Virus record (IMG/VR): IMGVR_UViG_3300034279_000829
Direction: 5' to 3' (one strand)
Source of the DNA: an uncultured virus (IMG/VR IMGVR_UViG_3300034279_000829)
Lineage: Duplodnaviria; Heunggongvirae; Uroviricota; Caudoviricetes
DNA length: 64,000 nucleotides
The notes beneath the pieces were generated by a model that was not told where the DNA came from, did no database searches, and saw only the letters and a list, made by a program, of their open reading frames with translations. Position numbers and translations under genes: made by a program. Position 1 is the first letter of the stretch, and the number at the start of each line of letters is the position of its first letter. Shown one piece after another: positions 49,679 through 58,701 of the stretch.

Positions 49679-50452
49679 ATGTTGTATGGATATGCCCGAG
49701 TCTCTACGGACAAGCAGGAGAACTCAGCCGAAGCGCAGGCCGCCCGGCTTATGGCGTACGCCCAGCAGTCGGGCCTGGAGTTTGGCGAGTTGTTCGTTGA
49801 CGAGGATCAGTCGGCCAGCAAGATCCCGTTCCAGCACCGCAAGCGGGGGCGTGTGTTGTGGGACAGGCTCCAGCCCGGGGATGTCGTAGCCTTCACCAAG
49901 ATCGACCGCGTGTTCCGGTCAATGGCAGATGCGGCCACCACCCTGGCGACATGGAAGTCGCTAGGTGTGGGGGTCCGCTTCTTGGACATGGGTATCGATG
50001 TCAACACGCCGGCCGGCGAACTGTTCTTCAACCAGCTAGCTGCGTTCGCCCAGTACGAAAGCCAGATGATCGGCCAGCGGGTGCGGGAGATCGGCGCTCA
50101 CCTGCGTGAGGCAGGGCGCCCGGTCGGTACGCTGCGCCCGTTCGGCTGGGTCAGCGACGGCGAGAAGTTCGTACCGTGCAAGGCCGAGCGTGAGATCGGC
50201 CAGCTGGTGGTGGCCATGCGTGAGGCAGGCCGCTCGTTCTCAGCCATCGCCCTGCATCTCTGCAAGAAGGAGATGCGCAAGCCGCCCAACAAGAAGGGTG
50301 TGCGCGGGTACTACGGCCTGACCGATGTCACCTATCTGCACCGAGCGGCGCTAGCTGGATTCCCAAGGCTTGCGCCAAGGCTTTCGCGAGAGCAGTGGAC
50401 CGCCGGGCTGCAGCGCGCAGAGAAATCTCATGCGACTCAGCCAGCGCTCTGA
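49679..50452 (+). CDS. Serine recombinase
   Basis: YGYARVST..Q, KIDRVFRS, TPAGELF, AQYE; PFGW...SF..IA..L C-terminal domain. Confidence 0.9.
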   Translation: MLYGYARVSTDKQENSAEAQAARLMAYAQQSGLEFGELFVDEDQSASKIPFQHRKRGRVLWDRLQPGDVVAFTKIDRVFRSMADAATTLATWKSLGVGVRFLDMGIDVNTPAGELFFNQLAAFAQYESQMIGQRVREIGAHLREAGRPVGTLRPFGWVSDGEKFVPCKAEREIGQLVVAMREAGRSFSAIALHLCKKEMRKPPNKKGVRGYYGLTDVTYLHRAALAGFPRLAPRLSREQWTAGLQRAEKSHATQPAL

Positions 50453-50867
50453 GTGTCTTGCCGTTGACGAACCTGTCAGTGGCTAGCTCCTGCTCCCATT
50501 CAGGCAGGTCGGCAATCGCCAAGCGGATGTGGTCCAGCTGGTCGAACTCAGGCAGCAACTCAGCCGCCTCTTCCAGCGTGATGCGGATGTCGCCAGGCTG
50601 TCGGTTCACCCGCTTGATCTGCTTGTACATCCCGTTGAGGATGGCCCGGGCGAAGTATGCCTTGGGGTAGGGCAGCTTCTTGGGATCGTAGGTGCGGGCC
50701 GCCTTCACCATGGCGAGGTAGCCCTCGCTTCGCAGGTCTTCGATCAGCACCTGCCGCTGCCAGTGCGGCCTGTTCTGCAGGAAATACTTGGCGAGGATTT
50801 CTGCGAGGGGCAGGTACTCAACGACCAGGGCTTGACGCTTGGCCGAGAGCTTCAATCTTTTTGTCAT
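50328..50867 (-). CDS. Sigma70-family (FliA/WhiG-like) sigma factor
   Basis: LVVEYLPLA, EDLRSEGYLAMVKAARTYDP, LAIADLPE.EQ, TLRALAE. Confidence 0.8.
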   Translation of the reverse strand: MTKRLKLSAKRQALVVEYLPLAEILAKYFLQNRPHWQRQVLIEDLRSEGYLAMVKAARTYDPKKLPYPKAYFARAILNGMYKQIKRVNRQPGDIRITLEEAAELLPEFDQLDHIRLAIADLPEWEQELATDRFVNGKTLRALAESHEISLRAAARRSTALAKALAQALGIQLAPLGADR

Positions 50868-51045
50868 GCTGGTTGAGGCGGTCTTCATGTTCTTCCAGGG
50901 TTTCTCGCAGTTCATCCAGCATGCGGGGCAGGGACTCCACGCTGCTTGCAATCACTGCCACCTTTGCGTGAAGCGAGAACGCCCACGGCACCACTGCTGC
51001 GGCAACCGAAATGCCGAGCATCCAAAGCTCTGTTTCCGGACTCAT
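50818..51045 (-). CDS. Small TM + coiled-coil protein (holin-like candidate)
   Basis: N-terminal hydrophobic helix then LEEHEDRLNQHDKKIEAL. Confidence 0.5.
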   Translation of the reverse strand: MSPETELWMLGISVAAAVVPWAFSLHAKVAVIASSVESLPRMLDELRETLEEHEDRLNQHDKKIEALGQASSPGR

Positions 51046-51187
51046 TTACCCCTCACCATTGAGATCAACATCAGCCCTGCATAGGGATGTAACTGCCCTT
51101 CTTCAACGTGCAGTTTGATCATGCGCGTTGCTTTGCCGGCTTCGCTTTCGGGGTAGCGGTACATATGGGTGTGCCCGTCATAGGTGG

Positions 51188-51439
51188 CTAGGACTTCAAA
51201 GCGGAGATCGCTTCCATCCGCATGTGATCCAGGCTGGTGGGATGCTCTTTGAAAATCCATCGGGCTAGCCATGCTGAGACGAGGTTGATAATGAGTGGGA
51301 GCAGGATCATGAGAAGCACCGACCCGTACTCAGGGTGGCGGGCACGGAACTCAGAGCGGATCGTCCGCCTCCAGGCTTTCATGTCTGGGTTCGCATGGGC
51401 GATGGCGATGAGAGCCACCTCCTCGCTGTGCTTCGACAT
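51188..51439 (-). CDS. Small membrane protein
   Basis: SVLLMILLPLIINLVSAWLARW. Confidence 0.55.
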   Translation of the reverse strand: MSKHSEEVALIAIAHANPDMKAWRRTIRSEFRARHPEYGSVLLMILLPLIINLVSAWLARWIFKEHPTSLDHMRMEAISALKS

Positions 51440-51474
51440 GCGTCCGGCGCCAGTCTCTTGGGCGCAGCGCTCAG

Positions 51475-51708
51475 CTATCTGGCGGGCAAGCATGTCTTGC
51501 ATTCCTTCTTGGACTTGCATGCACAGCCGGCCGGGCAGAGGCAGTCGGTGACATGCCCATCCCCGTGAACCACCTTGCCGTTCTTGCACAGGCCGCAGCA
51601 CTTGGCCTTAGGTGGGGTGTAAGTCATCACCACGTAGGCGGCTTCGACTGCAACCCGCTCTGTGTATGTGGGCAGGGGAAAGAGCAGGGAGAAGATGAGG
51701 CTGATCAT
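51475..51708 (-). CDS. Small Cys-rich protein with signal-like N-terminus
   Basis: MISLIFSLLFP...CCGLC..G.V.HGDGH..DC.CP..C.C. Confidence 0.55.
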   Translation of the reverse strand: MISLIFSLLFPLPTYTERVAVEAAYVVMTYTPPKAKCCGLCKNGKVVHGDGHVTDCLCPAGCACKSKKECKTCLPAR

Positions 51709-52637
51709 GTTTGCAGTAACCCCACTGCGCCGTAGTCGGGCAGCTTCTGAGGAGGGAATCCATCCACGTTTCCATACGCCCAGCAGTCACCGTCAGTGAC
51801 ACACACTGCCCAGTCCTGCGCCGTGGTGACGATCATGCCGGGCACTTGTTCTGGGAATGAGGACGGCCAGTCTTTCACTGGCTGATTCCACGGCCCCCAA
51901 GAATTCTGGATAAAGAAAACCGTGAACGGCCAGAACTCTTTCGTATCGTCGTAGCCTACGGTGGCCATGTCATGCGCCCAGCCACCGGGCAGGCGAGCGT
52001 GGATGTTCTGCGAGTTGGGTGACCCAGCCCACTTGGCGTACTGGCCTGAGTGGATTCCATACCCATTGGCCAGCGCATCGATGGCATCACGCACAGTGGT
52101 GATCTGTCGGATGATGCCGACCTTGTTCTCACGGCAGAGGTCCGCCACATCGCGCGGCACACCGCCGGCACCCCACTTGGCGCCGATGGACCCGTCGTAC
52201 TTCATAAGATTAACGGGGTCGTATTTCTTACGGATGAGGAACCCTACCTCATGCTCAAAGGCTGATGCACTGGCCGGCACCATGCCTTCGCCGCTGTGAC
52301 CACGCGCCCCGTACGTTGGCTCCGTTGCGCCGCGCGTGATGAAAGACTCTGGCTTCTGCTGTAGCAGCACCTGCACAGCACGGGTGCAATCGCGGGCGTT
52401 CCGACTACCGTGTGAGACGCAGTCGCCAGTGGTCTGCACTTCGGTAAACGAAAGCGGGTCCAGCTTGCGCACGTACTGCCAGAGCAGGGCACGCTTGCCC
52501 TCGCCGCTGCCCATGTGGTTCGGCTCAGAGTAGATGGGCTTGCGCTGCGATTCCTGCCAGCGAACCCTGTCCCTGGGGCTGTCGATCCAGCCCGTCAGTC
52601 CCTCGTCGTATGCCTTGAGCGGGATGAAGTCACTCAC
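51705..52637 (-). CDS. Papain-like (C1) cysteine peptidase
   Basis: QTTGDC, AHDMATVGYDD, IQNSWG. Confidence 0.85.
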   Translation of the reverse strand: MSDFIPLKAYDEGLTGWIDSPRDRVRWQESQRKPIYSEPNHMGSGEGKRALLWQYVRKLDPLSFTEVQTTGDCVSHGSRNARDCTRAVQVLLQQKPESFITRGATEPTYGARGHSGEGMVPASASAFEHEVGFLIRKKYDPVNLMKYDGSIGAKWGAGGVPRDVADLCRENKVGIIRQITTVRDAIDALANGYGIHSGQYAKWAGSPNSQNIHARLPGGWAHDMATVGYDDTKEFWPFTVFFIQNSWGPWNQPVKDWPSSFPEQVPGMIVTTAQDWAVCVTDGDCWAYGNVDGFPPQKLPDYGAVGLLQT

Positions 52638-53019
52638 TTTGCTTTGCGACCTCCCGGCAGGCGGCGTCGATCTTCTGCGCCAGCTGCCCGCTCATGGCCA
52701 CATCGTCCAGCGAGAAGTGATCGGCCAGGACTTTCTCAACAGCAAGGTCAAGGCCCGGGTATTTCCCGCGCATGTCCTTTGCCGCCCAGCGCAGGCACTC
52801 GCTGTGCCACTCCCGCCACTTGCCAACGGTGCTGATCTTCGCGCCGTTGTCTTCACTGGTCTTGTCGGCCAGTGCGGTGTAGGTGCCACGCAGGGTGGCC
52901 CGATCAGAGCGGGATGCCTTGGCCATCGCTTCGGCCACCGGGCCAGTGCCGGCCTGCTTGACGGGCACAAACGTCAGGGCCGCCACCACCACGGCCAGTG
53001 CAACTGGGAGATGCTTCAT
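52630..53019 (-). CDS. Exported or membrane-anchored helical protein
   Basis: MKHLPVALAVVVAALTFVP signal-like N-terminus. Confidence 0.6.
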   Translation of the reverse strand: MKHLPVALAVVVAALTFVPVKQAGTGPVAEAMAKASRSDRATLRGTYTALADKTSEDNGAKISTVGKWREWHSECLRWAAKDMRGKYPGLDLAVEKVLADHFSLDDVAMSGQLAQKIDAACREVAKQSE

Positions 53020-53237
53020 GGCTTCACCTGCAGCAGGGCTTGGAGGAGGGTGTTGCATGCGGAGATGATGGCCGCATCGGTGTATGCCTCTCGCACAGCG
53101 ACCACGGCTTCGATCTGCTTGAGGACCGGGGGCTTGGGCTTGCCAGAGACAGGGAGCTTGAGTGCATGGAGGGGGAGGTAGGTGAGAGCGACTGCTGCCA
53201 GTACAGCGGCAAGTGCCAGCATCTGAACGGTTGTCAT
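53016..53237 (-). CDS. Small membrane protein
   Basis: MLALAAVLAAVALTYLP. Confidence 0.55.
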   Translation of the reverse strand: MTTVQMLALAAVLAAVALTYLPLHALKLPVSGKPKPPVLKQIEAVVAVREAYTDAAIISACNTLLQALLQVKP

Positions 53238-54175
53238 AGGATCTTGGCTCCGGGGATGAAGATGGTGACGCCACCAATGTTTGCCTGCATGGTGAAGTTC
53301 ATCAGCTTGTGCGGATCGACCAGACCCCAGCCGTAGACGTTGTCCCGGCCTTGCTCGCCAACGTCCTTGCATGTGGTGGCCAGTGCCTGCATCACATCGG
53401 AGTGGTTGACCGAGCGGTCCAGCTTGTGCTGGGCGCTGATGTACAAAGCCAGCACACCGCTGACGAACGGGGCGGCCATGCTCGTCCCGCTCACCGTGGC
53501 GTAGCCACCTGACAACCAGCAGCTGGTGATGTCCTGGCCGGGGGCGGCGACCGCGATCTCCTTGCCGCGGCTGGAGAACTCGCACGCACTGCCGTGGCTA
53601 TCGACCGCACCAACCGCCACGGTTTCTTTGTAGGCAGCAGGGTAGTTCACGGCGCCGCCGTCGTTGCCGGCTGCGCACACCACCACAATTCCCGCTTCGT
53701 ACGCCTCGCGGATGGCGCTGTGAACGCCATCGTCTGTGCGGCTGGAGCCAAGGGACATGGAGATGACCTGCACCTTGGCTTCGATGGCATGACGCACGGC
53801 GCTGGCCACCCACTCGTTGGACCCCATGCCGCTATGGCCCAAGACTTTCAGCGACAGGATCTTGGAGGCCGGGGCTATGCCCTTCGCCAAGCCCTTGCGG
53901 GCGGCGATGATGCCGCTCACATGGGTGCCATGGCCCAGCGTGTCATGCGCGTCGGAGTCGGAGGTGAAGTTGCGGTAGTCCACCACCGCTTCATCTAGGG
54001 CAGGGTGCTTGGCAACCCCGCTGTCGATGACCGCTACCGTGACCCCTTCACCCTCCGACTTCTGCCACAGAGAGGGGATCCCGTATGAGCAGACTCCCCA
54101 ATCCACTCCGTGCTGGAGGGCGCGCGGGGCGTCAAGATTGACCCGGTAGGGTGGGAGGTGGACGAATCCGCTCAC
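53234..54175 (-). CDS. Subtilisin-like (S8) serine peptidase
   Basis: VAVIDSG, HGTHVSG, AAGN, GTSMAAP catalytic motifs. Confidence 0.95.
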   Translation of the reverse strand: MSGFVHLPPYRVNLDAPRALQHGVDWGVCSYGIPSLWQKSEGEGVTVAVIDSGVAKHPALDEAVVDYRNFTSDSDAHDTLGHGTHVSGIIAARKGLAKGIAPASKILSLKVLGHSGMGSNEWVASAVRHAIEAKVQVISMSLGSSRTDDGVHSAIREAYEAGIVVVCAAGNDGGAVNYPAAYKETVAVGAVDSHGSACEFSSRGKEIAVAAPGQDITSCWLSGGYATVSGTSMAAPFVSGVLALYISAQHKLDRSVNHSDVMQALATTCKDVGEQGRDNVYGWGLVDPHKLMNFTMQANIGGVTIFIPGAKIL

Positions 54176-54528
54176 GCATCCTTCCCGGCAGCAAGGGCCT
54201 TGAGGATGCTGATGACGATGGGCAGGACCACTTCGACCAGCAGCTTCCAGTCCACTCCCAGCGCAGAGACTTCAGCGCCGGCCTGAAATGCAAGGGCTTC
54301 GTAGTCCTGCTCCTCAAAGTCCGCGTCTCGGAATCTGCTGACAGTCAGAGCCTTGGGGCCAACGGCCTGCGACTCAAGGATCGGGATGATAATTCGCGCG
54401 ATGGAATCCACCAGCGCCCACTGCTCCACGTAGGGCAGGTCTTTCCGCCAGGATTTGGCGATCTCCACCACCTTGAGCAGCGCCGCCTGGTTGGCGAGCA
54501 GAAACTTAACGACCTTCAGGTTCACCAT
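54172..54528 (-). CDS. Membrane-associated hypothetical protein
   Basis: C-terminal DWKLLVEVVLPIVISILKAL. Confidence 0.55.
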   Translation of the reverse strand: MVNLKVVKFLLANQAALLKVVEIAKSWRKDLPYVEQWALVDSIARIIIPILESQAVGPKALTVSRFRDADFEEQDYEALAFQAGAEVSALGVDWKLLVEVVLPIVISILKALAAGKDA

Positions 54529-54907
54529 GAGCTTCTCCCAGTGCGTCATTGAGGGCGATGGCCACAATGGCGTGGCCGGCGATGTCAGCAAGCGTCTCTC
54601 TAATAGCTAGTGTCCGATCCGAGCCGATCATCCCCCGGAGCCGGCGGCACTTCTCCCCGATCCTGGCCAGCTGGTAGACCCACGGCTCAATCCCCTCATC
54701 CTGGACGCCTAGCGCGTTCTCTAACGGGCTTTCTTCGGCGCACCCGTAGTACCCCCGCTTCCGGCTCAGGAGCCGCCAGAGCGCAAGGCAGACGGGGAAA
54801 TAGGGATCGTCGGCCAGCAGGTTCTGCGCCTCACCAAGTGCGCTCTCGGCACGCCTTGACGAGTCTTCCGTATTCGGCCCAGAAACTAGGGTGGTGGTAG
54901 GGGTCAT
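54506..54907 (-). CDS. DUF1599/Nmad1-like (all-alpha NTP-PPase fold) protein
   Basis: RKRGYYG...PLEN...RIGEKCRRL...ETLADIAGHAI. Confidence 0.7.
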   Translation of the reverse strand: MTPTTTLVSGPNTEDSSRRAESALGEAQNLLADDPYFPVCLALWRLLSRKRGYYGCAEESPLENALGVQDEGIEPWVYQLARIGEKCRRLRGMIGSDRTLAIRETLADIAGHAIVAIALNDALGEAHGEPEGR

Positions 54908-55184
54908 CGTTGTCCAGTTCCTCCTCGTCGCAAAGAAATGCAGTACGGGCATGCGCCCACTCCTCACAGAAAGTCTCAACAATTGCGTCCCGGTCCAGGC
55001 TGTCGCGCAGGGCAATCACCCCGCGGTCGGCATCGTCGTTGAGCAGGAAGTAGCCCAGGTGTTCCGGCATCTTGCTGGCTGGCCGGATGCACACCCGAAT
55101 CGGGAACATCAGCGGGAACCGATCCTCCGCCCACCGCTTCAGCTTGCGGGCCAGCTTGCGCCTCCAGCAGGAATCTCGGGGCAT
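54831..55184 (-). CDS. SprT/zincin-like protein with EEWAH variant motif
   Basis: ETFCEEWAHA...HHPSFW. Confidence 0.5.
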   Translation of the reverse strand: MPRDSCWRRKLARKLKRWAEDRFPLMFPIRVCIRPASKMPEHLGYFLLNDDADRGVIALRDSLDRDAIVETFCEEWAHARTAFLCDEEELDNDDPYHHPSFWAEYGRLVKACRERTW

Positions 55185-55470
55185 CGCGCAACTCCATGAT
55201 CAGTAGCCAAGGCTGGTTGTTCCGGCGATGCAGAACGACAGGGCATTTCCCCTGCCCGTCCCGGCTAGCCTGGGCCAGCCATTCGTAGGGGTTGCCGCGC
55301 TCGCACCGCTTCACCTCTAGGTGAATGCCCGGGTAGCTACTGACCACATCCGGGGAGTCGTTTCCCCCGGCGAATTGCTGGCCGCGTCTTGCCTGGCCGC
55401 CCATGATCTCGGCCCACGCCTTGGCGGCTTCCCGTTCCCCGCGGCATCCCTTGGCTCTGCTCTGGGTCAT
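54976..55470 (-). CDS. Holliday junction resolvase-like PD-(D/E)XK nuclease
   Basis: SRAKG.RGERE, SPDV, HLEVKR, PVVLHRRN..PWL. Confidence 0.8.
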   Translation of the reverse strand: MTQSRAKGCRGEREAAKAWAEIMGGQARRGQQFAGGNDSPDVVSSYPGIHLEVKRCERGNPYEWLAQASRDGQGKCPVVLHRRNNQPWLLIMELRDAPRFLLEAQAGPQAEAVGGGSVPADVPDSGVHPASQQDAGTPGLLPAQRRCRPRGDCPARQPGPGRNC

Positions 55471-55711
55471 TCCTCCCACCTCGCGATTAGGCCATTGGAA
55501 TGGCGGGCCTCAACCAATGAGAGTGAGGGGAACTGTTCGACCAGTAGCTTGATCGCGTCCATGGCGATCCGCTGCTTGTCGATGGACCGTTCGTTCTGGT
55601 TCACCCACCGGCCGAGCCGGCCGCCCATGTTCAGGTCGGTGTTCGACCCAAGGGGTTTCCAGTAAATCAAAAAAGTGTAGCTGCTCGTCCTGAGCATGGT
55701 TCCGGTCAGCA

Positions 55712-56083
55712 TCATCGCGGCTCCGGTGCGTGCATCATGGCTTCGATAACATCGCAGTAGTGGTACGGGTCATCTTCCGCAGACCCCACCTCAATCAGAT
55801 AGTCGCTCAGCCTCTCGCCCGTGCTGATGTCGCCCAAGTCTCCAAGCAGGCGGCCGTACTGATCGCGGACCCAGTCGAACGCAATGAGGTGCAGTCGGTC
55901 GGCGTCGGCGTGAAGCTCCACCCAGTCGATGATGTCTGTGACCGCGCGCTTCTTGCAGCGCACGCCGCACAGCCGCACGTACACAGCGACCATGCTGGCC
56001 AGCTGCGGGGCGGAGCAGCGGATCAGAATAGTATCACCCCTAGTAACGCGGATGACTTTGGCTACGGTGATCGGGCAGTCCAT
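55712..56083 (-). CDS. Staphylococcal nuclease-like protein
   Basis: RV..GDTI, VRLCGV, DQYGRLLG. Confidence 0.7.
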   Translation of the reverse strand: MDCPITVAKVIRVTRGDTILIRCSAPQLASMVAVYVRLCGVRCKKRAVTDIIDWVELHADADRLHLIAFDWVRDQYGRLLGDLGDISTGERLSDYLIEVGSAEDDPYHYCDVIEAMMHAPEPR

Positions 56084-56460
56084 GATGTTACGTTGGCCTG
56101 GCGTTCGCGGAGGTAGTAATCCGGCAGCGGTTCCGGGTCGTAGCCCAAGTGCTTCTTGTGCTTTAGAGAGGCGAGGAACTGAGGGTCGTAGTTGTCGGGG
56201 TCGCACTCTTGCTTGACGCCGAGCAGTATACGCTTGTCCAGGTCGGCGCGTCCACTGTAAATCTTGCCGCTGTGGTACACGCCATGGCAGTGTGAGCAGA
56301 GGCGCAGGTAATTGCGGATGTCATGCTTTCGCCCGGCGCCACCGATCAGATGGTGAACCTCCAGGCTGCGGCGACCATCGGACTCAGGCCACCAGCACAC
56401 CGCACAGCAGCGGTGCTGCTCAACCCACGCCAGCAATTCCTTTTGCTCAGCCTTGTTCAT
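56062..56460 (-). CDS. HNH endonuclease
   Basis: CAVC...EVHH...N.LRLCSHCH...H. Confidence 0.8.
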   Translation of the reverse strand: MNKAEQKELLAWVEQHRCCAVCWWPESDGRRSLEVHHLIGGAGRKHDIRNYLRLCSHCHGVYHSGKIYSGRADLDKRILLGVKQECDPDNYDPQFLASLKHKKHLGYDPEPLPDYYLRERQANVTSWTARSP

Positions 56461-56735
56461 TCCGCAGAGTATACGGCTGTGCAGCTTCCAGCGCAACAGC
56501 TTGTCGGATCCACAGGTCCATGTCGTACCGCTCAGGATGGCACAGAGAGCACAGCTGCGTCGGCGGCTCGCTGAAGAACCTGTAGGTCTTGTTGCTCTGC
56601 ACCAGGCTCGTTGACCACATCCGGCACACCGTATCGGCGCCAGTCCACAGGTGCGACTTACCGTTGACCAACCCCAAGCTGTTGACTCGGACCAAGAACC
56701 CCTTGTGCTTTGGCATAGCTCTCATTGAAACCCCC

Positions 56736-56821
56736 AGTCTATTCGGCGCGGTGAGACAGACCGACTCCCTGCAAACGCTGCAGGAAGCCGGCAAAGTCTA
56801 TTCGGCTGGAGCCGACAGACC
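56736..56821 (-). promoter_or_regulatory. Two tandem copies of GGTCTGTC-N7-GCCGAATAGACT
   Basis: 56736-56762 and 56795-56821 in an intergenic gap. Confidence 0.55.
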
Positions 56822-57814
56822 TCTACCCCAAGTGTGACTTTGGTGACGCAGTTCTCTTGGTTCAACCCTGACACTGCGCTGCGATTGGCCTGAGCCTTGG
56901 TTGAGTCGGAGTCGGCAGAACTCAACCGTTACCGCAGAGAATCCCATTCATCCGCTGGATTTCCTTTCGGCGTGTCGCAGCGGGGTTGCCCCCTCTTGTC
57001 TCACCCATTCCATGGGCATGTCGGCGGGGGGCCGATCTTCAGGCCGGTTGCCTTCCAGTGGCTATGTGTGCAGAGTTATTTGCTGGCCATCATCCAGAGT
57101 CCAACATTGGCAGCGGCGTACGCAGCGTAAGTGATTGCCATGCCTACGTTTCCGTGAAGCGATTGCTCAAAGGACACGTACAAGTAAATGACCCCAGTGA
57201 TGATGATCAGTGTGCCGCTCATCGCTTCTCCAGTGCGGCCTTGAGCCGGGCGATGATATTTGATTGAACCTTGGCTCGCCACAGAGTTCGCTCTAGTTCT
57301 CTAGCGGCCTCGCGGATCAGCGGCCGGGCGGCGTCCATCAGTGCGTAGTGCGAGGCTTCTCGCAGCCTGTCGGGTAGGTTGTTCATTTCGTCCTCTCTAG
57401 TAGCGAGCGGAGCGTGGCGGCTGCATTCGCATCGCCTTCTCTCGGTGAACGGTGGAACGCTGCGAAATACTCAAGCGCCTCCCGCTCCTCGTCGGTGAGA
57501 GTGGGTCTGGTAACCTCAACTACCAGCGCAGCGACCAGACACTCAACGTGATCCGTGCGACACCCTTCGTAATGAGTGCGGGCCACACGGCGCGTGGCCA
57601 TGTCCAGCAGAAAATCGTTGGCGTCGGTGATCAGATCGAACGTATTAGAAACACCTCGTTCTGCGGGTGTTTTCTCATATGATTCGGCGGCGTACTCTCG
57701 CGCTTGGGCGTCTCGCTTAGTCATCGTTCCAGATCCAGAAAATAGAAAGCCACCCGGCAGGTGTGGGGCGACACGGTTTATCAGTCCGCTGCCCGCCTGC
57801 CGGGTGGCTGGGTG

Positions 57815-58111
57815 TCACCAGTAGCGAACGCAAGCAAACCAGCCTCGGGCACCGCGGGACACTGCGACTTCCTTCACCTTCCGCTGGCCCCAGTAGCATG
57901 AGGCGCGGCAAGCCGCATCGGCACTGACCGTGGAGAAGCCGATCCCTTCGTAGCCCTGGCCACCCCGGTGTCGGAGGATGCCAGTGCGGGCCATCTCGTT
58001 GGCATCGTCTTGAGCGGAGCGGTAGACGGTGACCGTCCGCGTGCGGTAGCTGCTGTCAGCGTGGGCAGTAGCGGCAGTGAGGAACAGGGCAAGGGCAACA
58101 AAGTAACGCAT
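57815..58111 (-). CDS. Secreted minimal CAP/SCP-like protein
   Basis: Signal peptide; SAQ..A..MA..G.L.H, YEGIG, GWFAC. Confidence 0.6.
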   Translation of the reverse strand: MRYFVALALFLTAATAHADSSYRTRTVTVYRSAQDDANEMARTGILRHRGGQGYEGIGFSTVSADAACRASCYWGQRKVKEVAVSRGARGWFACVRYW

Positions 58112-58168
58112 ACGAATCCTTTCGTTACGAACCATCCATCCATCCGGAACCGCTCCGGAGTGGTTGTA

Positions 58169-58405
58169 CTATTCGGGAGCGCGCTCCGCTTTATCCATGA
58201 TCGCTTTAGCTTCCTCGCGATCAAAGCTGTGAGTCACGTAAATCATGTCAACGACGCTGGGGTAATGCTTCAGCAGGCGCCGCGCCTCATCCCGCACGGG
58301 GCCGGGAATCTTCTTAATGCCGGCCGGCACGTAGGGGTTGGATAGGCGCAGCAGGAACTCCCCGGCATTGACCACCGCACGGGTGCGCTCGCTGGGCAGG
58401 GTCAT
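58169..58405 (-). CDS. BPSL0761-like protein
   Basis: MTLP.ERTRAV...EFL..L...VR.EARRLLKHYP. Confidence 0.75.
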   Translation of the reverse strand: MTLPSERTRAVVNAGEFLLRLSNPYVPAGIKKIPGPVRDEARRLLKHYPSVVDMIYVTHSFDREEAKAIMDKAERAPE

Positions 58406-58701
58406 GTCCACCTCGGGTAAATAATAACACCATTAGTGCGACTGCCATTCATCACTTCCACCGCTACGATTCGGGGGAAGTCCTTGGTCAACATCTCGGC
58501 CGTGTCGATCATCGCTTGGCTATCAATCACCTGCCGGTTGGCCTGCACATAGGTGTTAATAGTCACATAGTCTTCTTGGTCATTCGGCCCGTGCTTGTCC
58601 CGCTCCACCCACGCTCGGATGTTGGTACTCAGCGTGCGGAACGAGAGGATGTTTTCGTACAGGCGCTGCGGCCGGGAGAACATGGGGAGGAAGCTCATGC
58701 C

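Noticed and set aside
58168..58182. Extra GAATAGTA promoter copy on the minus strand
   Set aside because: It lacks the upstream TGT at the conserved spacing and coincides with a stop codon.
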